DNA of 64,000 nucleotides from an uncultured Gemmatimonadales bacterium (GTDB lineage Bacteria; Gemmatimonadota; Gemmatimonadetes; Gemmatimonadales; GWC2-71-9), in the NCBI GenBank assembly GCA_963695555.1, contig CAVOGR010000002.1:320001-384000 (forward strand). The letters run 5' to 3'. The notes under the pieces were generated by a model. The model was not told where the DNA came from and searched no databases. It was given only the letters and a program-made list of their open reading frames with translations. Position 1 is the first letter of the stretch. Each line of letters opens with the position of its first letter. Position numbers and translations under genes: made by a program. Shown one piece after another: positions 51,358 through 61,999 of this stretch.

Positions 51358-52535
51358 CGGACCCCACCAGGTTCCTGACATCGCTCGGGCAGGCCTTGGC
51401 GACCATGGCACTCTATCCGGCCGGCCACCCAGCGCGCGAGCGCGTCGTGGATGCTGCCTTCGAACAACTGCAGCGGCTGATGCAGGAGGACTCGACACCT
51501 AGGATCCTCTTCATCGACGGAGAGGTGGTGTACAGCCGGCAGGTTCTGCGCCAGATGAGCGAGTGGGAATGGGGCATCCGGCTGGCCGACGCCGGCATTC
51601 AGCGGCTGGAATTCCTCGGCCAAATCAACGGGGACGAATTCGAAGGGTTCCTCAGCGACGTCTATCAGCGGCTGAGCCCGGACACGCCCGATACGTCCGC
51701 GGCTCGCCAGATGACCGCGACCAACATCCGCTATGGGCCCGTCGGAGTGCGAGGGGCGGATACGAGCATGGCTGCAGAGGCTGTCGCCACCGCAACCATC
51801 GCCTACTCACTACAGGATGAGGTGCACGCCATTGAGTGGATGCACGAGGAGGTCAAGCAAACCGGCAACTTGCCGTTACGCGAAGCGCATGCCGTGGTGC
51901 GCTCGCTCTCACTGGCAATGCACAGCCAAGGAGCGATCTTCCTTCCTCTGCTCGAGCTCAAACAGTTCGATCAATACACCACCACGCATTGCAGCAACGT
52001 CGCGGTCCTGTCGATGGGCCTCGCCGAGCACCTTGGGTTGGCTTCCGAACACGTGCGGGGCGTGGGCGTGGCCGGACTCCTCCACGACCTGGGCAAGATC
52101 CGGATCCCCAAGGAAATCCTGGTCAAGCCTGGCAAGTTTACGGAGGAAGAACGAAACATGATGCAGGCACACCCGGTAGAAGGTGCCCGGATCATCCTTT
52201 CACGGGAACGGAGTCTGGACCTGGCTGCCGTTGTCGCCTACGAGCACCACATCATGCTCAACGGTGGCGGCTATCCGGCGCTCCGGTTTCAGCGTGATTG
52301 TCACTACGCCAGCAAGTTGGTGCACGTCTGCGACGTGTACGACGCTCTCCGCACCGACCGACCCTATCGCGGGGCGCTCCCTTCGGAGGAGGCGCTCGGC
52401 TACTTGGCGGAAAAGGCCGGGACCGAATTCGATCCCGACCTCGTTCGTGCCTTCACCGTGATGATTCGTGAGCGCTCTGAGCGTCGCCTCCGGCTCGACC
52501 GGCCCACCATAGAGCCGGAAACCCCGCCGCTATAG
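51354..52535 (+). CDS. HD-GYP domain phosphohydrolase (c-di-GMP phosphodiesterase family)
   Basis: YTTTH, LLHDLGK, HHIMLNGGGYP, DVYDALRTDRPYR, FDP. Confidence 0.88.
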   Translation: MTDPTRFLTSLGQALATMALYPAGHPARERVVDAAFEQLQRLMQEDSTPRILFIDGEVVYSRQVLRQMSEWEWGIRLADAGIQRLEFLGQINGDEFEGFLSDVYQRLSPDTPDTSAARQMTATNIRYGPVGVRGADTSMAAEAVATATIAYSLQDEVHAIEWMHEEVKQTGNLPLREAHAVVRSLSLAMHSQGAIFLPLLELKQFDQYTTTHCSNVAVLSMGLAEHLGLASEHVRGVGVAGLLHDLGKIRIPKEILVKPGKFTEEERNMMQAHPVEGARIILSRERSLDLAAVVAYEHHIMLNGGGYPALRFQRDCHYASKLVHVCDVYDALRTDRPYRGALPSEEALGYLAEKAGTEFDPDLVRAFTVMIRERSERRLRLDRPTIEPETPPL

Positions 52536-54381
52536 CGACGTCGCACGCCGGGGCGCAACCGAGGGTGCTTCGACTTCCTCGGCAGGAAGCTCGGGCGTGA
52601 AATCTTCACCGGGGTTGATGAACCGGTCGCGCTCCAGTCCGTATTGCTTATCGTACAGCTGCTTATAGCGTCGGCCCAGGGCGAGAAGCTCGTCTTGTGC
52701 CCCTCGCTCGACGACACTGCCCGGCCTCGAGCACGAGGATCTGATCCGCGCTCGCGATGGTGGAGAGGCGGTGGGCAATCACAAAGGTGGTTCGTCCCTG
52801 CCGAAGCGCCTGAAGGCCGTCACGGATCAGGGCCTCACTCTCGCTATCCAAACTCGACGTCGCTTCGTCTAAGATGAGGATGCGCGGGTCGGCCAGGATC
52901 GCGCGCGCAATCGCAATCCGCTGGCGTTGACCGCCGGAGAGCTTGACCCCGCGCTCACCCACGATGGTATCATACCCGTCGGCGAACTGCTCGATGAACT
53001 CGTCGCAGTGTGCCACTCGCGCCGCCTGCTGCACCTGTTCCAGGGTCGCCGACGGACTGGAGAAGCGGATGTTCTCGGCGATCGTCCCGTCAAAGAGAAA
53101 GTTGTCTTGCAGCACGACACCAAGGTGTGACCGGTATTCACGCACTCGCAGGGTCGTGAGGTCACGGCCGTCGATCAGGACCCTCCCGCTGGCAGGCCGA
53201 TTGAACGCCATGACCAGGCTGATCAGGGTACTTTTTCCGGAGCCACTCGGCCCCACTAACGCCGTCGTCGACCCGGCTGGAGCGTGAAGCGACACATGGG
53301 TGAGGACCGGCAGGCCTCCGGCGTAGGCAAAACTCACGTTTTCGAAGACGACGTCGCCCACCACGCGTTTGACGGGTTGCCCTTTGGTCTCGTCCTCAAT
53401 CACGGTCTGCCGGATCTCCCGAATCCGGTCGAGCCCCGCAAAGGCTTCGCTAATCTGGGTGCCGATCGAGGCAATCTGCACCAGCGGCGCCGCGACCATG
53501 CCGATGAAGAACACATACATGACGAAATCGCCAAGCGACATCGAGCCCGAAAGCACCGCGCGTCCGCCGACGAGCAAGAGGAGCACGCCGACCGCACCGA
53601 TTATGATGGTGGCAAATGACGAGACCGCCGAGACCGCGGTGATTGAGCGGGCAATGTTCCTGAGCAGGCGGTGCACGCCTCGCGCGAACACCCACTCCTC
53701 GCGCCGCTCGGCCGTATAGGTCTTCACCAACCGGATCCCGCCCAGCGATTCCGCCAAGCGGCCGGTGACCTCGGCGTTGATCTTCCCCCGCTCGCGAAAC
53801 AATGGCCTCAGCCTGGTGAAGGCGATGGCCATCCCGGCGCCGAAGGTGCTGAGAATGAGCAGGGTGATGGTCGTGAGCTGCCAATTGAGATAGAACAAGA
53901 CGCCGAGCGCGATCGTTGCGGTGACGAGGCCGCCGGTCAGCTGGACGAGGCCGGTGCCCACCAGATTTCGGATTCCTTCCGCGTCGGTCATGATGCGAGA
54001 GATCAACACACCGGTCTTGGTCGTGTCGAAATAGCTGACCGGCAACCGGAGCACGTGAGCGTGCACCCGTTTTCGCATATCGGCGATTGCCCGCTGTGCC
54101 GCGATGCTCATGACCTGCGACAATCCGAACGAGGTGGATGCCTGCACGACCGCTGCCACCGCTGCCGCGGCCGCGATGGGAACCAACAGATCGTGCCGCT
54201 GTCGTCCGATCACGTCGTCGATCAAGAACTTGGAGCTTCCCGGCAGGACCAAGCCTGCCAGGCGATTCAGCAACATCAAAACCAACCCGATCCCCATCTG
54301 CCGGCGATGAGTCCACACCAGCTCCCGGGCTTCGCGCCACACGATGGCCGGGTTCAGGGATCGTTTCTTGGCTTCCTCCAT
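52530..54381 (-). CDS. ABC transporter fused permease/ATPase (MsbA-like), frameshift near 52718
   Basis: GPSGSGKST, LSGGQRQR, LILDEATS, IAHRLS; the C-terminus VVERG..Y..LY continues in another frame to 52530. Confidence 0.88.
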
Positions 54382-54619
54382 GCCTCGGTTCCTTACACGA
54401 AGGCGGTTGGTCGACTGCGCGAACCCGTGCAGCATAATATGCTTTGAGTCGTGCCGCTTCCCCCGCCCGCGGCTGGCCGCGGGCAGCAGCAGCGTTCTAT
54501 ATTGGCCCGACAGGCGCCCCGCATGTGTCGAGGCATGGCCAACTCGAGGCCCGTACCTCTTCGCGGCGGCGGGGCTGACGCCTCAGGCTGGTGCGCCACG
54601 TCTTCCCCCGAGCAGAACG

Positions 54620-55180
54620 GTGACGACCCAACCACCGAACCCACCGCGTCGACCAGGCCTTCGAGAGATACCGCCTGATTTCACTGTCCTGAATTCGGCC
54701 GGGGAGCCGCGCCGACTCTACGATCTCGTTCGGTCGCGGTCGGTGGTTCTCTTGTTCTATCGGGGTCACTGGTGTCCATTCTGCAAACAGCAGTTGGCCG
54801 CGTATCGCGATCGCCATGACGCGTTCGGGCGTGCTGGGGCGGATGTCTACGCCCTGTCCGTAGACTCGCCGGAGCGCTCCGCGGAACACAAACACCGTCT
54901 CCGTCTTCCGTTTGAACTTCTCTGCGATCCCGACCGCGCCGTGATGCGGGCGTGGGATCTGTACAACCGCTGGGAGCATGGCGGGGTCGCGAGGCCCGCA
55001 GTCTTCGTCCTGGCCTCACCGGATGGACGCGTTCGCGCACGATCGATCGACCGCATGGCGAGCAGGGTCCCGCCGGAGAAGGTGCTTGCCGCGCTCACGG
55101 CTCTGGATCGTCAGCGCCTCGGTCGACGCCTGGTCGTGCCCCGACTCGGCGATTTGATGGCATCGATGCTGGGTCGATAG
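54620..55180 (+). CDS. AhpC/TSA peroxiredoxin-like redoxin
   Basis: PDFTV, FYRGHWCPFC, ALSVD, LLCDPD, PAVFV; start uncertain. Confidence 0.78.
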   Translation: MTTQPPNPPRRPGLREIPPDFTVLNSAGEPRRLYDLVRSRSVVLLFYRGHWCPFCKQQLAAYRDRHDAFGRAGADVYALSVDSPERSAEHKHRLRLPFELLCDPDRAVMRAWDLYNRWEHGGVARPAVFVLASPDGRVRARSIDRMASRVPPEKVLAALTALDRQRLGRRLVVPRLGDLMASMLGR

Positions 55181-55208
55181 GCCGGAGAACCGATCAGAAC
55201 ACTTGTCC

Positions 55209-56237
55209 CTACCGCACCAGGAATCCGTGGCCCAGCGGATCGCCGGGATCGATCAGAAATTCATGCCGTCCGGTGATCCACGCGCGACCGGTGACCTCGG
55301 GAATCACCGCACGGTGCCCCCCGACAGTGGTCGTCTCGATTACCCGCACCCCGAACCGCGTACCGACGATGCTCTCGATCTCGATCGCATCGCCGGTCCT
55401 TAGTTGGCCGCGCGCGTGCAGAATCGCCGCCCGGCCACATACCCCCGTTCCGGTCGGGCTGCGGTCGAGCTCTCCGTTTGCGAAGATGCAGACGTGACGA
55501 CTATGGGCCGTGCCGGCGCTCGGGCCCACGAAGATGGTTCCGTAGAGAAAGTTCAGATCGGCCGGACTGTCAGGATGGACGATCGTGCAGGTTTCGCTCA
55601 CCCGCCGCTTGATCTGCATCCCGAGTTCGATCAGGCGCACTGAGTTGGCCGGCTCGAGGTCCAGCCCAAGCTGAGCCGCATCGACATAGGCGTAGAACGC
55701 CCCGCCGAATGCGATGTCGCATCGCACCACCCCCAATCCGGGAATCGTGGTGTCGACATCGGACGCGACAACGAGCGACGGCACGTTGACGAAGGAAACG
55801 CCTTCCACCCGGCTCCCGATGACCCTCGCAGTTGCCACCACCCGGCCGGCGGGGGTGTCGAGCCGGAGCGTGGGGGTCGACGAACCGACCGACACCAGGC
55901 CGCATTCGATTCCTACCGTGACGGCCCCGATCACACCGTGGCCGCACATGGTGCTGAACCCGTCGTTGTGCATGAACAGGATGCCGAGGTCGCCATCCGG
56001 GGTCGTCGGAGGGGTGAGGAGACAGCCGTACATGTCGGCATGCCCGCGCGGCTCCCACATGAGTGACCTGCGCAGGTGATCGAAGTGCTCCGCCGCGAAG
56101 CGGCGTTGCTCGACGGCGGTTGTGCCGGATGGAACTGGGAAGCCGCTGACGATCAGCCGAAGCGGTTCACCCGCGGCGTGGGCATCGATCGTCGTGATAC
56201 GACGCCAGTCAGGAGGAGGTTGCCAGGGCTCGGACAT
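55209..56237 (-). CDS. Proline racemase family, probable trans-3-hydroxy-L-proline dehydratase
   Basis: IDAHAAGEP, EPRGHADMYG, MCGHG and DRSPTGTG (Cys/Thr pair); start at MSEPW. Confidence 0.85.
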   Translation of the reverse strand: MSEPWQPPPDWRRITTIDAHAAGEPLRLIVSGFPVPSGTTAVEQRRFAAEHFDHLRRSLMWEPRGHADMYGCLLTPPTTPDGDLGILFMHNDGFSTMCGHGVIGAVTVGIECGLVSVGSSTPTLRLDTPAGRVVATARVIGSRVEGVSFVNVPSLVVASDVDTTIPGLGVVRCDIAFGGAFYAYVDAAQLGLDLEPANSVRLIELGMQIKRRVSETCTIVHPDSPADLNFLYGTIFVGPSAGTAHSRHVCIFANGELDRSPTGTGVCGRAAILHARGQLRTGDAIEIESIVGTRFGVRVIETTTVGGHRAVIPEVTGRAWITGRHEFLIDPGDPLGHGFLVR

Positions 56238-56359
56238 CGACACTCGACCGACACCTGCAGGTAGTGAGGACCCGCTGAGGCCAAGCGGGCGGTTTGACCC
56301 GTATCGCTTTGGGACTTCTTGCCCGGTGGACAACACCCGGTTGCTGGTCGGGCAGGGAG

Positions 56360-56432
<73 letters not shown>

Positions 56433-56612
56433 CGCGGGGGCGGGAATATACGGACGAGCACCTGGAATGCCAAGGCAACCTGGGTACGCTTCTTGCCCAT
56501 TCCAAGGGCTGCTGCGGTCGGGACCGACCGACGGCGTGTCTACCCTGACCGAGATCGTGGCGAAATGTCGAGAAGTCATACGTTGTTGTCTAGTTTTTTG
56601 ACAGGTGATTCG

Positions 56613-57820
56613 ATGCACGGGGCGTCTGTGCTTTTCCGTCGTGTACGTGTCTCCTGGCCTGCTGTCGCATTTGTGCTTCTCCTGGTGGCCGGATGCGGCG
56701 ATAAATTCACCGACCCGAACCCACGCCCCCGCCACCCCCGCCACCGCCGCCCGCCGTCGGGGTGATGGCGGTGGCCACGGTCACTGTGGGCACCAATCTC
56801 GATCCTGACGGATATTCCGTGCGGGTAAACGGAGGGCCGGCGCAGGCAATCGGCCTCAATGCCGTCCTGACCATGCCCGACCTCGAGGTCGGCCCGTATC
56901 AGATTCAACTGGAGGACGTCGCGCCGACCTGTGTTGTCCAGCAGGTCAATCCCCAGACCGCGACCGTATTGGAGAACCAGACCGTCGTGGCCCCGTTCGA
57001 CATCGCGTGCGCGGCGCCGGTGGTAAACGGCAAACTGGCCTTCAGCTCCGACCGGGCGGGGAATCGCGAGATCTACGTCATGGACACCGACGGCTCGGAT
57101 CCGATCCGCCTCACGAACACGCCGGGAACCGAAGGGGAGCCGGCGTGGTCGTTTGATTCGCGCATGGTGGTCTTCTTCAGTGACCGGAACGGCAATTCCG
57201 ACATTTACGCCGTTAACGCCAACAACTCCGGGGGCCTGGTTCAACTCACGAACCACCCGGCCAACGACACCGACATGTCGTGGTCGCCCGACGGGAGCAA
57301 GATCGCCTTTCAGACCGACCGTGATGGGAATGAAGAGATCTACGTCATGAACGCGGACGGGTCTAACCCAATCAATCTGACCAACCATCCGGGGTTCGAT
57401 GCGGACCCGATCTGGTCCCCGGACGGAACCAAGATCGCGTTCTCGACCGATCGTGCCGGGAACTTCGAGATCTTCGTGATGAACGCCGACGGGTCCAACC
57501 CGGTCAATCTCACCAACCACCCGGCCCTCGAACGCGATCCGTGGTGGTCCCCGGACGGTGCCAAGCTCGCGTTCGTGTCCTTACGACCGGGAAACCGGGA
57601 TATCTTCGTGATGAACGCCGACGGTTCGAACCCCGTGAACCTCACCAACGCCGCGGGGGACGATTTTGAGCCCGCCTGGTCGCCCGACGGTGCCAGAATC
57701 GCGTTCGAGTCCAGGCGGGATGGGAACCCCGAGATCTACGTCATGAACGCGGACGGGTCCGGCCTCACCCGACTGACCAACAGTCTGGCAGGAGACTTCG
57801 AGCCTTCCTGGAGCAAGTGA
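56613..57820 (+). CDS. TolB-like PD40 beta-propeller lipoprotein, frameshifted in a C-rich linker (about 56720-56760)
   Basis: Lipobox LVAGC in one frame; Ig-like segment plus WSPDG repeats in the next frame. Confidence 0.75.
57032..57815 (+). repeat. Six intragenic repeats of about 132 nt (44-aa PD40 blades)
   Basis: KIAF..DR.GN.EIYVMNADGSNP.NLTN...D..P.WSPDG units recur at 57299, 57431, 57563 and 57695. Confidence 0.85.
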
Positions 57821-57925
57821 GGACACGCGACTGAGGTGGGCCGCCCTGAGCCCGCCCCGGGAACGCTCCGAGGTGCTTCTGGCCTTCTGATTTGCGGCGC
57901 GGCCGGTCCACGGCATATTTCGGCC

Positions 57926-58570
57926 ATGGGCACGCCGCGCTTTCCCAATCTGACCGTTCTCGATCACCCCCTGATCCAGCATAAACTCACGCTCTTGCGC
58001 GGAGCGGGGAAGAGCACGCGGGACTTCAAGCAACTCGTCAACGAGATCGCGATGCTCATGGCCTATGAGGTCACCAAGGATCTCCCCACGGAGGAAGTCG
58101 AAGTCGAGACGCCCCTCGAGCGGACCACGGGACGACAAGTCGCCGGAAAGAAGCTGGCACTCGTTCCCATCCTGCGGGCCGGCCTCGGCATGGTCGACGG
58201 CATAACCCAGCTGATTCCGTCGGCGAGGGTGGGCCACATCGGGATCTATCGGGACCACGAGAGCCTTCAGCCGGTGAGCTACTACTTCAAGGTGCCACCG
58301 GGCGGCGAGGAACGGGACTTCATCGTGCTCGATCCGATGCTGGCCACCGGGGGATCGGCCTCCGCCGCCATTGCAAAGCTCAAAGAGGCGGGGGCGCGTC
58401 GGGTTCGGCTCCTGTCGCTCGTCGCCGCACCCGAGGGCGTCCGACGGATGCTCAACGATCATCCCGACGTCCCGGTCTTCGTGGCCGCCCTCGATCGGGG
58501 CCTCAACGACCGGGGCTACATCCTGCCCGGCTTGGGTGATGCCGGCGACCGGTTGTTCGGCACCCGATGA
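57926..58570 (+). CDS. upp: Uracil phosphoribosyltransferase
   Basis: [40 protein letters not shown]. Confidence 0.97.
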   Translation: MGTPRFPNLTVLDHPLIQHKLTLLRGAGKSTRDFKQLVNEIAMLMAYEVTKDLPTEEVEVETPLERTTGRQVAGKKLALVPILRAGLGMVDGITQLIPSARVGHIGIYRDHESLQPVSYYFKVPPGGEERDFIVLDPMLATGGSASAAIAKLKEAGARRVRLLSLVAAPEGVRRMLNDHPDVPVFVAALDRGLNDRGYILPGLGDAGDRLFGTR

Positions 58571-59961
58571 GCACGCTACGCCTCACCTTTCACGGCGCCG
58601 CCGGTGGGCAGGTGACCGGCTCGATGCACCTCTTGGAGGCCGCCGGTGCTCGGATCCTGCTCGACGCAGGCCTGTTCCAGGGCCGCCGTCGACAGACGTA
58701 CACACTCAACTCCACCATTCCCCTCGACCCGCGCCAGTTGGACGCGATCGTATTATCGCATGCGCACATCGACCATTCCGGGCGGCTGCCGCTCTTGGTG
58801 AGCCAGGGATTCCACGGCCCCATCCACGCGACCGCGGCCTCGCGCGATCTCTGCGGCATCATGCTCCCCGATTCGGCCCACATCCAGGAAAAGGACGCCG
58901 AATTCCTCGCCCGGCGTGGCAAGAAGGGACCAGAGAGCGAGCCGCTCTATTCGATGGCCGACGCGGTCGCCGTCCAGGAATTGTTGGTGGGTGTTCCGTA
59001 CCGGCGGCTCGTGCACCTGCGCAAGAATCTCAGCTTTGAATTCACCGAGGCGGGGCACATTCTCGGTTCCGCCACCGTGGCGATGCGCATCACGGAGGAC
59101 CGGCCCCATCGCTTGGTGTTCTCGGGCGACATCGGGCGCACCGGCCTGCCGATCATTCGTGACCCAGAGCCACCGCAAGGTCCGGTCGATACGCTGATCA
59201 TCGAATCGACCTATGCGAACCGCACTCACGAATCGGTACAAGGCGCGGAGGAGCATCTCGGAGACATCGTCCGACGGGCCGCCGCACGAGGAGGGAAGGT
59301 TCTCATCCCGGCGTTTGCGGTGGGACGCACCCAGGAGATCATTTACGCGCTCCACGCGCTGTACCGGGCCGGGAAGATTCCGCAAATCCCGTGCTTCGTC
59401 GACAGCCCGTTGGCCGTCGATGCCACGGACATCTTTCGGCTGCACCCGGAAGTCTTCGATCGGCGTGAGGCGCTCGTTGACCATACCGCCCACCTCTTCC
59501 AATGGCCCATGGTGCGCTATGTGCGTGACGTAGCCGAATCGAAAGCACTGAACACCCTCACGGGGCCGGCCGTCATCGTGGCCGCCTCCGGCATGGTTGA
59601 AGCTGGGCGCATCCTGCATCACCTGAAGAATCACGGCGGCGATCACCGCAACGTGATGCTCTTCGTCGGATTCCAGGCCGAACACACGCTGGGACGACGC
59701 ATCCTCGATGGGACCCGGACCATTCGGGTGTTCGGAGAGATGATGGAACTCCGCGCAGAGGTCGAAGCCATCGACGGTTACTCGGCGCACGCCGACCAGC
59801 ACGAACTTCGGGCCTGGGTCCGCCGGCTCGGTGGCCCGATTCGCCGAGCCTTCGTCGTCCACGGTGAGGCGGAGGCCACGCAAGCGATGGCTGTCCTGCT
59901 GCGCGAAGAAGGAGTTGAGAAGGTTGTCATTCCCAAGCTGGGGCAATCGTTCGACCTCTGA
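58567..59961 (+). CDS. MBL-fold beta-CASP ribonuclease-like protein
   Basis: [44 protein letters not shown]. Confidence 0.9.
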   Translation: MSTLRLTFHGAAGGQVTGSMHLLEAAGARILLDAGLFQGRRRQTYTLNSTIPLDPRQLDAIVLSHAHIDHSGRLPLLVSQGFHGPIHATAASRDLCGIMLPDSAHIQEKDAEFLARRGKKGPESEPLYSMADAVAVQELLVGVPYRRLVHLRKNLSFEFTEAGHILGSATVAMRITEDRPHRLVFSGDIGRTGLPIIRDPEPPQGPVDTLIIESTYANRTHESVQGAEEHLGDIVRRAAARGGKVLIPAFAVGRTQEIIYALHALYRAGKIPQIPCFVDSPLAVDATDIFRLHPEVFDRREALVDHTAHLFQWPMVRYVRDVAESKALNTLTGPAVIVAASGMVEAGRILHHLKNHGGDHRNVMLFVGFQAEHTLGRRILDGTRTIRVFGEMMELRAEVEAIDGYSAHADQHELRAWVRRLGGPIRRAFVVHGEAEATQAMAVLLREEGVEKVVIPKLGQSFDL

Positions 59962-60013
59962 TCGCGACCCACCCTGCTTGATGGACCCGGCATCCAGCGA
60001 GTAGCTTCCCCCC

Positions 60014-60610
60014 GTGACCATCATTCGGCGTGTTGGCGTGGTCGGCGGTGCCGCATTGCTTGCGACCGTTCTCACCTACGCGCTTGCCTTCGCCTTTGTG
60101 GCCGGGGCCAGCCGCCATGACTCCCGTGAGCCGGCGGATGCGATTGTCGTGCTCGGCGCCGCCCAATACGATGGCCGGCCGTCGCCGGTCTTTCAGGCTC
60201 GGCTCGACCACGCCTCGATCCTGTTTCACGAGGGGCTCGCCCCGCAAATCGTCTTGACCGGTGGCATCGGGACCGGCGACACGGCCAGTGAGGCCGCGGT
60301 CGGCCAGCGCTACCTCCTCACTCGAAACGTGCCCCCGGAAGCCCTCGTAGTGCGCCCGGAGGGACGATCGACCGAGGCGTCCATTCGGTCCGTCGCGGAA
60401 TGGATGCACGAGGGGGGTCGGCAGTCGGTGCTTCTGGTGAGCGACCCATTCCACATGGGGCGGCTTCGGCTCGAGGCCCGACGCGCGGGGATCGAGGCCC
60501 GCACGTCGCCCACCCGTACGAGTCCTATTTCGCAGAATTTTCGGCGTGAGGTCGGCTACTTCGCGTCCGAAGCGCTCAAAATCCCTGTGGCGTGGGTCCG
60601 CAGCTGGTAG
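60014..60610 (+). CDS. YdcF/DUF218 family protein
   Basis: DAIVVLGAA, ARLD, LTGG, SEA, VSDPFHM.R. Confidence 0.85.
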   Translation: MTIIRRVGVVGGAALLATVLTYALAFAFVAGASRHDSREPADAIVVLGAAQYDGRPSPVFQARLDHASILFHEGLAPQIVLTGGIGTGDTASEAAVGQRYLLTRNVPPEALVVRPEGRSTEASIRSVAEWMHEGGRQSVLLVSDPFHMGRLRLEARRAGIEARTSPTRTSPISQNFRREVGYFASEALKIPVAWVRSW

Positions 60611-60622
60611 GAGACTTCTTTC

Positions 60623-61999
60623 ATGACTCGAGTCCGATCCCTTCTTGCCGCATGCGCCGTCCTGACCGGCGTGACATCCGCCCCGGGTACAGCCCAAGAG
60701 CCTCGGCTGACCGTGCCATACACCATGGACACTCTGGCCAACGGCCTTCGATTCATCGTGCATGAGGATCATTCGGTCCCGGTTGTAGCAATGAACGTGT
60801 GGTACCACGTGGGCTCGGGAGACGAGAAGCCAGGGCGCACCGGCTTCGCCCATCTGTTCGAGCACCTCATGTTCATGGGCTCACAACACGCCCCCTATCC
60901 CGCATTCGATAGGCTCCTCGAGGCGGCCGGGACCAACAACAACGGTTCCACCACGGAGGACCGCACCAACTACTACGAGTGGGGCCCAAGCAACGCAGCT
61001 CCACTCATGGCGTGGCTCGAAGCGGATCGGATGGGCTACTTCCTGCCGACCATGGATCAGGACAAAGTCGATCTCCAACGCGACGTCGTCCAGAACGAGC
61101 GACGGCAGGGAGTCGACAACCAGCCCTACGGCAAGGCCTCGGAAACGATCGGCCGGATGCTCTACCCTCCCGCCCACCCCTACTCCTGGCCGGTTATCGG
61201 CTCCATGGCGGATCTCTCGGCTGCGACCCTCGAGGACACTCGCGAGTTCTTCCGTACCTACTACGCTCCGAACAACGCGGTGATCGTGGTGGCGGGTGAC
61301 GTCACGCCTGAGGCGGTCGGGGACGTCATGCGGCGCTACTTCGGCGATATTCCCCGAGGACCCACGATCACCCGTCCGACGCCGGCATCGTTCACCGTGA
61401 CACACGACACCCTCGCCGTGCTCGAGGATCGCGTGCAGTTGCCGCGGGTCTACTACACCTGGCACACCACCAAGGCCTACGCACCCATGGATGCCGCGCT
61501 CGACGTGGTGGCCTATATCCTCGCCGGGGCGAAGAACAGCCGACTGACACAACGCCTCGTGTACGAAGACCAAGTCGCGTCGGACGTCGTGGCCTATCAA
61601 GACGGCAAGCTGCTCGACGGCGATTTCACCATCCGGGCCACCGCACGGCCCGGACATGACCTGCCGAAGCTCCATCGGATCATTACGGAAATCGTCGGCA
61701 GGCTCGCAGCCGACGGCCCGGCACCGCGAGAGCTGCGCCAGGCACAGAATGCCATCGAGGCGTCGTTTCTCAATCGGTTGGAGCGGGTCCTGGCCAAAGC
61801 CGACCAGCTCAACGGCTACTTCTATTTCACCGGGGAACCCGACTACTTCGCGCATGACCTGGCTCGCTATCGCGCGGTAACGCGCGAAGATGTTCGTCGA
61901 GCCGCGGCAACCTACTTGCTGGCCCCCAAGGTCGTGTTGAGCGTCGTGCCCGAGGGCAAGCGGGAGCTCGCGATCGAGACGACGGAGGTGACTCCATGA
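60623..61999 (+). CDS. M16 family zinc peptidase, catalytic subunit
   Basis: GFAHLFEHLMF (HxxEH), NGSTTEDRTNY, YYAPNNA; signal peptide. Confidence 0.92.
   Translation: MTRVRSLLAACAVLTGVTSAPGTAQEPRLTVPYTMDTLANGLRFIVHEDHSVPVVAMNVWYHVGSGDEKPGRTGFAHLFEHLMFMGSQHAPYPAFDRLLEAAGTNNNGSTTEDRTNYYEWGPSNAAPLMAWLEADRMGYFLPTMDQDKVDLQRDVVQNERRQGVDNQPYGKASETIGRMLYPPAHPYSWPVIGSMADLSAATLEDTREFFRTYYAPNNAVIVVAGDVTPEAVGDVMRRYFGDIPRGPTITRPTPASFTVTHDTLAVLEDRVQLPRVYYTWHTTKAYAPMDAALDVVAYILAGAKNSRLTQRLVYEDQVASDVVAYQDGKLLDGDFTIRATARPGHDLPKLHRIITEIVGRLAADGPAPRELRQAQNAIEASFLNRLERVLAKADQLNGYFYFTGEPDYFAHDLARYRAVTREDVRRAAATYLLAPKVVLSVVPEGKRELAIETTEVTP

Noticed and set aside
54620..55180. Selenocysteine redoxin
   Set aside because: The active site is ordinary CPFC with no in-frame TGA
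57032..57815. CRISPR-like regular repeats
   Set aside because: The repeats are in-frame 132-nt coding units of a beta-propeller; no unique spacers and no cas genes
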